Source of the DNA: Hyalangium minutum
Lineage (GTDB): Bacteria; Myxococcota; Myxococcia; Myxococcales; Myxococcaceae
Direction: 5' to 3'
Length of the DNA stretch: 64,000 nucleotides
Assembly: GCF_000737315.1 (NCBI RefSeq)
Contig: NZ_JMCB01000001.1
Location: 310,001 to 374,000, forward strand
Below, piece by piece: positions 25,449 to 36,000 of this stretch. The first letter of the stretch is position 1. Every line of letters starts with the position of its first letter. The notes under the pieces were generated by a model. That model was not told the origin of the DNA. It saw only the letters and a program-made list of their open reading frames with translations, and searched no databases. A program made the translations under genes and the position numbers.

Positions 25449-27056
25449 ATGAACACGATCAAGAAGGGGAGCCCGGCGCACCCAGCGAAGCTGCCGAGCC
25501 CTAGCAAGCCAACACCTGCCAAGCCGCATCAGGCGCCCAAGGGCGCGCCGCCCCCTGCTCCACCGGCCAAGGCCCGGACTCCTGTCCAGGGTGACAGATT
25601 CGAGGCCCCAGGGCCTCAAGTGCGCGCCGACAAGAAAGGGAAGACGATCGTGGATCTCGGCTCTGGCAACAACCACGCGACCGTTCGCCAGCAGAAGGAC
25701 GGCGGGTTGACGATCACCTCGGACGGCAAGACGGTGAAGCTCACCGCGCAGCAAGCTCAGAACATGGTCATCAATGGAGGCGCTGGCAACGACACCATCG
25801 TCGCGGACAAGAGCGTCAAGAAGGGGCTGCGCATCAATGGCGGCAGCGGCAATGACACGATTGTCGGTGGCAAGGGCAACGACCGGCTTTCGGGGGGCAA
25901 GGGCCATGACGTCCTGAAAGGCGGTCTGGGCAAAGACACGCTCTCCGGCGGCAGCGGCAAAGACAGGCTCTCCGGCGGCAGCGGCAATGACAAGCTCGTG
26001 GGCGGACAGGGCAAAGACACGCTCTCCGGCGGCAGCGGCCGTGACGTCCTGAACGGTGGCCAAGGCAACGATCGGCTCTCCGGCGGCAGTGGCAACGACA
26101 CGCTCATCGGAGGGAAGGGCCACGATCGGCTCTCTGGCGACAGCGGACATGACGTCCTGAGAGGCGACCGGGGCAACGACAGGCTCTCCGGCGGCAGTGG
26201 CAACGACACGCTCATCGGGGGCCAGGGTAACAGTCTGCTCTCCGGCGGCAGCGGCAACGACACACTCATCGGGGGGCAGGGCACCAATCGGCTCTTCGGC
26301 GACAGCGGCGACGACGTGCTCATCGGCGGCCAAGGCAACAACACGCTCTCTGGTGGCGACGGCAACGACGTGCTCCTTGGGGGCCAGGGTAACAATCTGC
26401 TCTCCGGCGGCAGTGGCAACGACACGCTCATCGGGGGGCAGGGCACCAATCGGCTCTTCGGCGACAGCGGCGACGACGTGCTCATCGGCGGTCAGGGCAA
26501 CAACACGCTCTCTGGTGGCGACGGCAACGACGTGCTCCTTGGAGGCCAGGGTAACAATCTGCTCTCCGGCGACAGCGGCGACGACGTGCTCCTCGGCGGC
26601 CAAGGCCACGACACACTCTCCGGCGGCGATGGCAACGACGTGCTCCTCGGCGGCCAAGGCGACGACACGCTCTCTGGCGGCAGTGGCGACGACGTGCTCC
26701 TCGGCGGCCGGGGCAACGACACGCTCTCCGGCGGCGATGGCAACGACGTGCTCCTCGGCGGCCGGGGCAACGACACGCTCTCCGGCGACAGCGGACATGA
26801 CGTACTCGTGGGTGGCCGAGGCAACGACACACTCTCCGGCGGCGATGGCAACGACGTGCTCCTGGGCGGTCGAGGCAACGACCGGCTCTCCGGCGGCAGC
26901 GGACATGACGTCCTCGCAGGCGGCCGAGGCAACGACGCACTCTCTGGCGGCGATGGCAACGACGTGCTCCTGGGCGGCCGAGGCAACGACACGCTCTCCG
27001 GCGGCAACGGCCATGACGTGCTTGTGGGTGGCCGAGGCAACGCCCGGCGCGCATAG
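25449..27056 (+). CDS. RTX/hemolysin-type Ca-binding repeat protein
   Basis: By my count 45 full GGxGxD-type nonapeptides, 44 of them contiguous, after a Pro/Lys-rich N-terminus. ATG 25449 with RBS AGAGGA. Confidence 0.92.
   Translation: MNTIKKGSPAHPAKLPSPSKPTPAKPHQAPKGAPPPAPPAKARTPVQGDRFEAPGPQVRADKKGKTIVDLGSGNNHATVRQQKDGGLTITSDGKTVKLTAQQAQNMVINGGAGNDTIVADKSVKKGLRINGGSGNDTIVGGKGNDRLSGGKGHDVLKGGLGKDTLSGGSGKDRLSGGSGNDKLVGGQGKDTLSGGSGRDVLNGGQGNDRLSGGSGNDTLIGGKGHDRLSGDSGHDVLRGDRGNDRLSGGSGNDTLIGGQGNSLLSGGSGNDTLIGGQGTNRLFGDSGDDVLIGGQGNNTLSGGDGNDVLLGGQGNNLLSGGSGNDTLIGGQGTNRLFGDSGDDVLIGGQGNNTLSGGDGNDVLLGGQGNNLLSGDSGDDVLLGGQGHDTLSGGDGNDVLLGGQGDDTLSGGSGDDVLLGGRGNDTLSGGDGNDVLLGGRGNDTLSGDSGHDVLVGGRGNDTLSGGDGNDVLLGGRGNDRLSGGSGHDVLAGGRGNDALSGGDGNDVLLGGRGNDTLSGGNGHDVLVGGRGNARRA
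26217..26540 (+). repeat. 162-bp higher-order tandem duplication within the RTX array
   Basis: 26217-26378 and 26379-26540 encode near-identical 54-aa units (six nonapeptides each), including the distinctive GGQGTNRLF repeat. Confidence 0.9.
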
Positions 27057-27265
27057 AGGGATAGGGGCCCAGTTGAGGAGGAGGGAGGGCGCAGAGGAGC
27101 CGAAGAGGGCCGGCGACGGGGCCGCCCGAGTGATGCTGCCGGCCGGGGGACAGGCCGCGCAGCCCCCTTGGGGTACACGCCTGACCAGGCCGTGCTCCCA
27201 TCAGGGCCGCAAGCGCGCCCGCTTCATTGCGTCTATGCTGAGACGAGCCCCTGGAGAAACCCAAG

Positions 27266-28183
27266 ATGCAAAGTCCCAGCCCCGGCGAGACGCCTCAGCG
27301 CTCACAGGCAGACCGTCCCCCCCGCCTCCCACCGGGCATCGGCTTGTTCCGGCGCGCGTTGCGAGTGACGGAGCGGCTGTCACCTTCGCTTGCGGCAGAG
27401 TTCGCCCGGTTTCTGTTCTTCAAGCCCATGTCCTCGAGAGTCCGTGCCGAGGAACAGGCCGTGCTCACGGCCGGGCAGCGGTTCCATATCCCTGTCGAAG
27501 GAGGACGGGTGGCTGCCTGGAGCTGGGGGCAAGGCCCCGCAGTCCTGCTGTGCCATGGATGGGGCGGACACTCCGGCCAGATGGTGGCGCTCGTGCAGCC
27601 GCTCGTCTCCAGCGGTCACCGGGTGATCGCGGTGGACATGCCTGGACATGGCCAGTCCCAGGGCCAGCTCTCCAGCGTGCTCCACTTCGCGTGGGCCATC
27701 CGCGCGGCCGCGGACACGTGCGGCGGGTTTGCGGGCGTGGCTGCGCACTCTCTGGGCGCGGCCAGCACCGTCATCGCGTGCGCAGAGGGGCTCCGAGTAC
27801 CGCGTCTCGTCTTCTTCGCACCGCCGCTGGACTTTCAGGGCTTCTGGACCCGGTTTTGCGAGATGCTGGATGTAAGCCCAGCACTGTGGGCACGTATGCG
27901 CGAACTCTCCGAGCGGCGCACAGGCATCTCCTTCGATCAGCTCCTCCCGAAGACCCACGCCGCCAGGATGGAGGCGGATCTCCTCATCTTCCATGACGAG
28001 AGTGACCGGGAGATTCCGCTCGCCCAGGGAGAGGCGCTCGCACAGCTGTGGCGCGGTGCGGGGTTCGTGCGGACCCAAGGGCTGGGGCACCTGCGTCTCC
28101 TGAAGGATCCCGGCGTGGTGCAGCGCGCGGCGGACTTCCTGGCGGGAGCCGCTGCTCGCCCTGGAGGCGAGACGGCCGCGTGA
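27266..28183 (+). CDS. Alpha/beta-fold hydrolase
   Basis: VLLCHGWGG, AVDMPGHG, AHSLG nucleophile, FHDESD acid, GLGH catalytic His. Confidence 0.9.
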   Translation: MQSPSPGETPQRSQADRPPRLPPGIGLFRRALRVTERLSPSLAAEFARFLFFKPMSSRVRAEEQAVLTAGQRFHIPVEGGRVAAWSWGQGPAVLLCHGWGGHSGQMVALVQPLVSSGHRVIAVDMPGHGQSQGQLSSVLHFAWAIRAAADTCGGFAGVAAHSLGAASTVIACAEGLRVPRLVFFAPPLDFQGFWTRFCEMLDVSPALWARMRELSERRTGISFDQLLPKTHAARMEADLLIFHDESDREIPLAQGEALAQLWRGAGFVRTQGLGHLRLLKDPGVVQRAADFLAGAAARPGGETAA

Positions 28184-28283
28184 GCGTGGCAGCCTGATCA
28201 TCCGCCCAGGCCCGCAGCCTGTTGCGCTGGAGCCCCGGGCGCCCGCATCATGGGCGGTTGCCGCGTTCCGCCGAGAGGGTCCG

Positions 28284-29666
28284 ATGACACAACAGTCCGC
28301 CACCGCCAGCCTCCCGTTGCGGCCCAATCAGCGCCTGGGGCACATCCCCGGCGTGTCGGGTGTGCCCTTCCTGGGGGACACCCTCGAGTTCTTGAAGGAC
28401 CCCGTCCACTACAAGCTGCGCATGCATGAGCGCTTCGGGCCCGTGTTCCGGACCAGCATCCTCGGCGACCGCAGCCTCATCCTCGTCGGCCCCGAGCTGG
28501 CCGAGGAGGTCCTCCTGGACAAGGAGCGCAACTTCTCCAGCCAGTACGGCTGGCACCGGCTGATCGGCGACACCTTCAAGAACGGATTGATGCTGCGGGA
28601 CTTCGACGACCACCACACCCACCGCCGCATCATGAACGCCGCTTTCAAACCAGAGCCCATGCGCGCCTACGTCGAGGCGCTCAACCGTCATATCGAGCAG
28701 GGCATCGCCAGCTGGCACCGCCAGCCGGACTTCCGGTTCTACCCAGCCGTCAAGGCGCTCACCCTCACCTCGTCCGCGAAGACCTTCCTGGGGTTGGACC
28801 TGGCCTCGGAGATGGACACCCTCAACAAGGCCTTCATGGCGATGCTCGACGGCGCGACGGCGCTGCTGCGCTACCCGGTGCCGGGCACCCGGACGTGGTA
28901 CGCCCAGCGGGGCCGCCGCACGCTGGAGGACTTCTTCCGCTCGCTCATCCCCCAGCGCCGCCAGGGCAACGGGACCGACCTGTTCTCGCAGTGCTGCCGC
29001 GCCACCAGCGAAGAGGGCGAGGTCTTCAGCGATACCGACCTCGTCGACCACATGATCTTCCTCTTGATGGCGTCGCACGACACCACCACCAGCGTCCTCT
29101 CCAACGTGGCCTTCGGTCTCGCCAATCACCCGGAGTGGCAGGAGCGGATCCGCGCCCAGGTGATGGCCCTGGGCAATGAGCTCTCCTACGACGAGCTGGG
29201 GAGCCTGTCCGATGCGGATCTGGTGATGAAGGAGGTGCTGCGGCTGTATCCCCCGGTGATCGGGCTCCCGCGCCGTGTCATCCGGGAGTGCACGCTCGTG
29301 GGCCTCCAGATCCCCGCCAACACCAACATCTGGGTCAGCGTCGACGCGAACCACCGGCTCCCGAAATGGTGGAAGGATCCCGAGACCTTCGATCCAGGGC
29401 GCTTCTCGACTGAGCGTGCGGAGCATCAGCAGCACCGGTTCCTGTGGATGCCCTTCGGGGGCGGTGCCCACCGGTGCATCGGCATGAAGTTCGCCGAGCT
29501 CAACGTGAAGGCGTACCTCTTCCAGCTGCTGCGCCGGTACCGGCTGAAGCTGAGGGATGGCTACGTGCCGCTGGTGGACAAGTTCCCGTTCCCGAAGCCA
29601 GCCGAAGGGCTCCCGATGAAGCTCGAGCTCCTGGAGGGTGAGCCCCGCAGGGCCGCTTCCGCCTAG
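28284..29666 (+). CDS. Cytochrome P450
   Basis: I-helix ASHDTTT, K-helix EVLR, FDPGRF, heme motif FGGGAHRCIG. Confidence 0.96.
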   Translation: MTQQSATASLPLRPNQRLGHIPGVSGVPFLGDTLEFLKDPVHYKLRMHERFGPVFRTSILGDRSLILVGPELAEEVLLDKERNFSSQYGWHRLIGDTFKNGLMLRDFDDHHTHRRIMNAAFKPEPMRAYVEALNRHIEQGIASWHRQPDFRFYPAVKALTLTSSAKTFLGLDLASEMDTLNKAFMAMLDGATALLRYPVPGTRTWYAQRGRRTLEDFFRSLIPQRRQGNGTDLFSQCCRATSEEGEVFSDTDLVDHMIFLLMASHDTTTSVLSNVAFGLANHPEWQERIRAQVMALGNELSYDELGSLSDADLVMKEVLRLYPPVIGLPRRVIRECTLVGLQIPANTNIWVSVDANHRLPKWWKDPETFDPGRFSTERAEHQQHRFLWMPFGGGAHRCIGMKFAELNVKAYLFQLLRRYRLKLRDGYVPLVDKFPFPKPAEGLPMKLELLEGEPRRAASA

Positions 29667-29697
29667 TGGAGGAAGGGGCCCAGGCCCTGTCCGGTGG

Positions 29698-32600
29698 CTA
29701 CAGAAGCCCGAGCCGCTTCAGCTCCTGGGTGACCTGATCCTCGCTCATCCCCTCGACCTCGGCGGTGATCTTCTGCTGGCGCTCATCCACGAGCTCCTTG
29801 ATGCGCGCCGCCAGCACCGCCACCGTCGATCCCTGAAAGAACTCGGGGAGCCGCATGTCGATGTTGTAGTGCTGGTTGATGCGGTACAGGACACGGGTCG
29901 CCAAGAGGCTCTGGCCGCCCAGCTCGAAGAACTCCGCCTGCCGGTGGGTGGCCGGCACTTCCAGCACCTCACTGAACCATGCCGCGACGCGAATCTCGTC
30001 GCCGGTGCTCAGCGCCTCCTGAGGCCCCGTGGGAGCGGTGCCTGCGGAGCTCCTCTGCGCCAGCGCGGTTCGATCCACTTTGCCGTTCAAGGTCATGGGC
30101 ATCCGCTCCAGGTGCTCGATGTGCGGGATCATGTAGGAAGGCAGGTGCTTGCGCAGGTGGGCGAGGACCGTGCCCGTGGGAACCGGCTCGCCACTGGAGA
30201 CGAGGAAGGCCACGAGGCGGCTGCGCTCGGCTTCACCCTGCACGGCCACCACGGCCTCGGCGATGCCAGGCACCTCGGCCAGCCTTGCTTCCACCTCGCC
30301 GGGCTCGATGCGGTGTCCGCGCACCTTGACCTGATGGTCCTGGCGCCCGAGGAACAGCAGCTCACCGTCGTGCCGTTGCCGGACCCGATCTCCCGTTCGA
30401 TAGCACCGCTCCTGAGTGACTCCGAGCTCATCGATGCCCAGCGTCGGGAAGCGCTGCGCCGTGAGATCCTCGCGGCCGATGTAGCCTTGCGCGACGCCAT
30501 CCCCCGCGATGTAGAGCTCTCCCTCCACGCCGAGCGGAACGGGGCGCTGGTCCTCGTCCAGCACGTACAGCCGTGTGTTCTCGATGGGCTGGCCGAGCGT
30601 CACGCGCTGCTGGCCGTTGCCGAAGTACCTTCTGCTGGACCAGATGGTGGTCTCGGTAGGCCCGTACAGGTTCCACAGCGCCGCGGACTTTGGCATGAGC
30701 ACCCGGGCGAGCTCGTCGCTGAGCGCCTCGCCGCCACACAGCACCTTCAGCCCGGGGCTGCCTGTCCATCCATACTGGAGCAGCATGCGCCAGGTGGAGG
30801 GGGTGCCTTGCATCACCGTGATGCCGTCCGCCTCGAGGTAGCTCAGGAGTGCTTGTGCATCGCTCTGCTCCTCACGGGTGGCCACCCGTACCGTGGCGCC
30901 CACGGTCAGGGGCAGCAACAGCTCCAGGAGCGAGATGTCGAAGCTCAGCGAGGTGACGGCGAGCAGCCTGTCACTATGCTGCATCCCTGGGGCGCGGGCC
31001 ATGGCCCGCAGCAGGTTGACCAGGTTGTGGTGGCGCACGGCCACCCCCTTCGGCTGACCGGTAGACCCCGAGGTGAACATCACATACGCCACGTCCTCGC
31101 CGCGGTTGGGGTGGGGAGGGAAAGGCTCGGTCTGGGGGATGCCATCGTAGACGACGCGCACCGCCCCGCCAGGCACCTCCACCTCACCGGTGTCCGTCAC
31201 CACGTGGCGGGTGCCGGAGGCCTCGATCATGTAGCCGAGCCGGTTGCTGGGGAAGGCCGGGTCCAGCGGGACGAAGCCCGCGCCCGCCAGGAGGCTCCCG
31301 AGGATCGCCTCCACCATGCCCACGCTGCGCTCCATCTTGATGCCCACGAGGGAGCCCGGCCGGACACCTGCCTCGCAAAGACGGGCCGCGAAGCTCCCGG
31401 CATTCCGCAGGAGCTCGCCGTAGGTCCGGGAGTGGGGTCCGGACACCACCGCGATCTTGTCCGGCGAGCGCTGCGCCTGCCGCGCGATCAGCGCGTCCGC
31501 GCCGCCGGCCTCGTCCCACTGCTGGGCGGTGGCGTTCCACTCATTGCGGATACGTTGGACGGTGGAGGGGGCCAGCCGGGGGGCGTCCCGGAGAGGAAGG
31601 CTGGGGTGTGCAATGAGCCAGGGCACGAGCTGCAGCCACCGCTCCGAGAAGAGGCGGACGGTCTCCTCCTCGAAGAGGCGGGTGTTGTAGACGAAGAAGC
31701 TGGTGATCGCGCCCTGGCCGTCGCCGCCGGAGTAGTAATACTCCAGGTCGAACTGGCACTTCTTCGCATCGAGGTAGCGCTGCCGCAACGGCAGGCCGCG
31801 CTCCTCCACGTCAGCGGCGGGGATCTGTCCGAACAGGACCTGGAACACCGGGTTCCGGCTGGTGTCGCGCTCCAGCGCCAGGGACTCCACGATGCGATCG
31901 AAGGACAGGGAGGCATGTCCGAGCGCCTCGCGCAGCGTCCGGCCCACTTGGCTGATGAGCTGGACGAAGCTCATTCCCGGATCCGTCTCGAGCCGCAGCA
32001 CGAGGGTCGTCATCAAGCATCCGACGATGTCCTGCGCTTCCCGCGTCTCACGAGCGGCATAAGGGATGCCAGCCATGAGGTCCCGCTGCCGCGAGTGCTG
32101 ATGCAGGAACACCCCGAAGGCCGCGAGCAGGACCGTGAACACGGAGGTGCTGTTTTCCCGGGCGAAGCGCCTCAGGCCCTCCGATATCGCCTCGTCGAGG
32201 TCCGCGCGGACCTGGCCCCCGTCGTAGGTGAGGTGGCGTGGCCGCTCCTGATCGTAGGGCAGCGAGAGGACCGGCGGGTTGGCCAGCCGCTGGCGCCAGT
32301 AGCGCAGCTCCTCGGCCAGCGTCTCGGGGTTCCTCAGACGCTCCGCGCGGAGGAAGGACACGATGGACGGTGCGGTTCCAGGCAGCTCCTCCCCGGCGTA
32401 GAGCAGCCCGAGGTCGCGCATCATCTGCCGGATCGACCACCCGTCTCCGATCAGGTGATGGAGTGACAGGCCGAGTTGCTGGCTGCCGTCGGGCGCGCGG
32501 AACAGGAAGACCTTGAACAAGGGAGCCTTGTCCATGCGGAACGGCCGGACCAGGTGCGTGCGAACCATGTCCTCGCGTGCACGCGGCTCGTGCGGCAGGA

Positions 32601-33015
32601 GGACCGTCTCGACCGGGATGTTGATCCGCGCCTCGAACATCTGGATGGGGATGCCCTCCAGACTGGGGAAGCTGGCGCGCAGCGCCAGATGCCGGGAAGC
32701 CAGCGCCTCGAAGGCTTGCTGCAGCCGGTGCGGATCAGTGCCGGCGGGTACGTCGAAGAGAAAGGGAATGGTGTAAGCCGTGGACTCGGGGGCGTACTGC
32801 GAGATGAACCAGATGCGCTTCTGCACGCCGCTGAGCCACGCGGCGTGCCGATCGCCCAGCAGCTCGAGGATCCGCGCCTTGTTCGTGGAGAGGAAGGACC
32901 GCTCGCCGTCCGAGAGCTTCCCCGACACCTTCTTGAAGCCGAGACGGCCACCGTCTACCCACAGCTCGACGCCAGAGTTGATCAACTGACCGAGCGAACC
33001 CTCGAACTCAGACAT
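29698..33015 (-). CDS. Single-module NRPS: TubC_N-type docking - C - A(Gly) - PCP - C-terminal docking helix, no TE
   Basis: N-terminal GVELWVDGGRLGF..., HHLIGDG, YVMFTSGSTGQPKG, NLYGPTETT, YRTGD, QVKVRGHRIE, NGKVDR, PCP FFELGGQSL. Specificity residues read by eye as DILQLGLIWK (Gly code). Confidence 0.95.
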   Translation of the reverse strand: MSEFEGSLGQLINSGVELWVDGGRLGFKKVSGKLSDGERSFLSTNKARILELLGDRHAAWLSGVQKRIWFISQYAPESTAYTIPFLFDVPAGTDPHRLQQAFEALASRHLALRASFPSLEGIPIQMFEARINIPVETVLLPHEPRAREDMVRTHLVRPFRMDKAPLFKVFLFRAPDGSQQLGLSLHHLIGDGWSIRQMMRDLGLLYAGEELPGTAPSIVSFLRAERLRNPETLAEELRYWRQRLANPPVLSLPYDQERPRHLTYDGGQVRADLDEAISEGLRRFARENSTSVFTVLLAAFGVFLHQHSRQRDLMAGIPYAARETREAQDIVGCLMTTLVLRLETDPGMSFVQLISQVGRTLREALGHASLSFDRIVESLALERDTSRNPVFQVLFGQIPAADVEERGLPLRQRYLDAKKCQFDLEYYYSGGDGQGAITSFFVYNTRLFEEETVRLFSERWLQLVPWLIAHPSLPLRDAPRLAPSTVQRIRNEWNATAQQWDEAGGADALIARQAQRSPDKIAVVSGPHSRTYGELLRNAGSFAARLCEAGVRPGSLVGIKMERSVGMVEAILGSLLAGAGFVPLDPAFPSNRLGYMIEASGTRHVVTDTGEVEVPGGAVRVVYDGIPQTEPFPPHPNRGEDVAYVMFTSGSTGQPKGVAVRHHNLVNLLRAMARAPGMQHSDRLLAVTSLSFDISLLELLLPLTVGATVRVATREEQSDAQALLSYLEADGITVMQGTPSTWRMLLQYGWTGSPGLKVLCGGEALSDELARVLMPKSAALWNLYGPTETTIWSSRRYFGNGQQRVTLGQPIENTRLYVLDEDQRPVPLGVEGELYIAGDGVAQGYIGREDLTAQRFPTLGIDELGVTQERCYRTGDRVRQRHDGELLFLGRQDHQVKVRGHRIEPGEVEARLAEVPGIAEAVVAVQGEAERSRLVAFLVSSGEPVPTGTVLAHLRKHLPSYMIPHIEHLERMPMTLNGKVDRTALAQRSSAGTAPTGPQEALSTGDEIRVAAWFSEVLEVPATHRQAEFFELGGQSLLATRVLYRINQHYNIDMRLPEFFQGSTVAVLAARIKELVDERQQKITAEVEGMSEDQVTQELKRLGLL

Positions 33016-36000
33016 ACCCGTCCTCCCCCTCGTCAGCAGCGGCTGTCTCTGCGGGCACTCCGAGGGAGATGAGCTCCGTCAGCCGCCCGGCAGCCTGCTG
33101 GATCGTCAGCTCCTCCAGGGGAACGTCCATGGGGATCTTCACGCTGAAGCGAACCTCCAGCGCGTTTCGCAGATCGAGCGCCACGAGTGAGTCGACACCC
33201 AGCTCGTACAAAGTGTGCTGTGGCGAGATGCGCTCCCGGTCGATCCGCAGTGTCGCCGCCAGGGCCGCGCTCAGCGCCTCTTCCACCTCCGGGGTCTCCC
33301 GGGTCTCCGCGGTTCCGCCGGGGGCAGGTGCACGCACGGGGGTTGCCGTGGCTGTGGCGGTGGGCTTCGGGCTCGTCTTGGAAGCCGTACACACGCTGGT
33401 GATGACCTGCTGCCCGAGCCGGTCGGCTCCTTCTCCCGCGACCGAGCGCGCCGACTGGAACCTGCGCTGGCCGAGCATCTGGCGCCAGGAGTCGAAGGAG
33501 AGCCCCGGTGAACCCGGGATGCGGACCTCCGGATCACGGAAGCGCCACCAGCCGTCGAGGAGGCCGAAGGTCAACGTGGTGAAGGGCGACGCCGAGCAGA
33601 TCTCGTTCAGCACCAGCACGCCGCCCGCCGTCATCAGCGTTGCCACGTGCTCGAGGGTCCGGCGGATGTCCGTGGTGGCGTGAAGCACGTTGGAGGCAAT
33701 GACCACGTCGTAGTGGCTGATCGGGACCTCACGCTGGGCGGCCGGATCGCGCTCGATGTCCAGCAAGGCCCAGGACAGATAGGATGCGCGTTCGGCGAAG
33801 CGCTCGGCGAAGTTCCGGAACCCGAGGGACACGTCCGTGTAGGTATAGGAGATGCGGCCCGCGTGCGGCGCGAGGCGATCGATGATGCCCGCGGTCGTTC
33901 CGCCCGTGCCCGCTCCGATCTCGAGCAGGTGGACGGTCCCGCCGTCCGGGAGCTGAGCGAGCCTGGCAAGCACGGCTTTCTCGACAGCCTCCGCAGTGCG
34001 TGCGTTGAAGAAGTCCGCGATGGGGTTGCCGCGATAGACGTTCTCGACGAGGCTCATCGCGCCATCGGGGAACAGGACATGCGTGGCGGGGAGCTCGCCC
34101 CGCAGGACCGGGCTCAGGTGGCTGAGGCACCGTTGCAGCAGGTCGAGCGCTGCATTGGCCGGACCTGGCTGCGCAGCTGCGGGCTGCCCCACCAGCCGGA
34201 TGGCGCCGCCCGTCTCCTCGACGTGACCTGCGGCGCGCAGAATGTCCAGCACCGCCGTGAGGAGGCGCTCATACTTCGGCTGCACGCCGAGCCGTGTGGC
34301 CAGCTCGCCCGAGGAGATGGGCTCTCTGAGGCCGAGCTCCGACAATGCCAGGAAGGTCCGCTGGACGATCAGCTGACGTTGGATCCGCTCCTGCTCAGCG
34401 TACAGGGCTGTGAGGGCGGCGGTCTCGGTGGGGCGCTCAGCCAAGGTCTCGACGGGGTTCTTCCACGAGCGCGGCTGCTCGAACGCCCAGTAGCGGTGGT
34501 CCTCGAAGGGGTAGGACGGAAGGCCCATCCTCAGCGGGCGCCCATAGGGATACAGCAGAGCCCAGTCAACCTCGGTGCCCTGGACCCAACGCCGGCACCA
34601 CACCTCGGGAGCGTCCTCGAGGCGTGGAGGGGACTCTGGAGAGGCCGGTGGCGCACCCGCGTTTCCGTGCACGGCGAGCGGCCCCGGTTTGCCGGCCAAC
34701 CAGCCCGAGAGCACGTCAATGACATCCGCGATGCTCTGGACGGGGCTGGCGAGACGTGCGGGGAGCGGCTCACGGCCCACCTGCAGGGTGTAGATCAGCG
34801 ACAGAAGGCCGCCCTCATCGTGGGGAGAGAGGCCGATCGGGCGTGGTGCGCGGCCCTCGAGCAGGGACAGGAGGTCGCGGCACCGCGCGCGGAGGGTCAC
34901 ATCGTTTGCCGCCGACAGCACGAGACAGTGCGCACGGTGGCCAGTGCCAGGCGTGGCCTGCGGGCCGCTGGCCTCGGCAGGAGGATCTCCCAACACCACG
35001 TGGGCGTTCACGCCTCCGAACCCGAAAGAACTCACGCCGGCCACTCGGTCTCCAGCGGGCCACTGCACGGGCTTGCCGATCAAGAAGAGCGGCGAGCCAT
35101 CGAGCCGCAGGCGCGAGTTCGGCTTCTCGAACCCCTGCAGCCCCACCCTCTTGCCATGGCCCAGGCAGAGCAGGACCTTCACCACGCCTGCGATACCCGC
35201 CGCGGCCTCCAGGTGGCCGAGGTGCGTCTTGACCGCTCCAAGGCCTACGGAGCCAGGCGCGAGCTCTACACCGTGCTCACGCGCCAGAGCGGAGAGCGCC
35301 CTTTTCAGGCCCGCGATCTCGATCGGGTCCCCAAGCGGCGTACCTGTGCCGTGGGTCTCCACATAGGACACCCGGTCTGGTGGGATGCCGGCGTCCCGGA
35401 AGGCCTCTGCGATGACGGAAGACTGCGAATAGGGATTGGGAGAAGTCACCGTGGGGGCGGCCCCTCCGTGGTTCATCGCGGATCCGTACACGGTCCCGTA
35501 GATGCGATCCCCGTCTGCTCGCGCCTGCGCCAGCGGCTTGAGCAGGAGCATCGCAGCGCCCTCACCGCGCACGTATCCGTCGGCGCCTTCATCGAAGGTC
35601 CGGCACCGCCCCCGAGGCGACAGCATGCCGGCCCGCGAGAAGCAGATCCCCGGCGCGGGGATGAGGTTGAGGTTGACCCCGCCCACGAGCGCCTGCTCGC
35701 ACTCACCCAGGCGGATGTCCCGCACCGCTCTGTGGAGCGCCACCAGGGAGCTGGAGCACGCGGTGTCGATGGCGAGGCTCGGCCCCTTGAAGTTGAAGAA
35801 GTAGGAGATGCGGCTGGTGACGAACGAGGCGGCGGCGCCCAGCGCCGTGTAGCCCTCGGCCGGGCTGCTGGAGGCCTCCAGCAGCGGCCTCCAGTCCTGG
35901 CTGGAGGCACCGACGTAGACACCCACCGCCTTCCCGCGCAGGCTGGACGGTGTGTGGGCGGCATCCTCCAGGCACGCCCAGGCCAGCTCCAGCATGATCC

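Noticed and set aside
25750-27050. Regular 27-bp periodic repeats as a possible CRISPR array
   Set aside because: There are no unique spacers, the repeats are in-frame RTX codons, and no cas genes are present.
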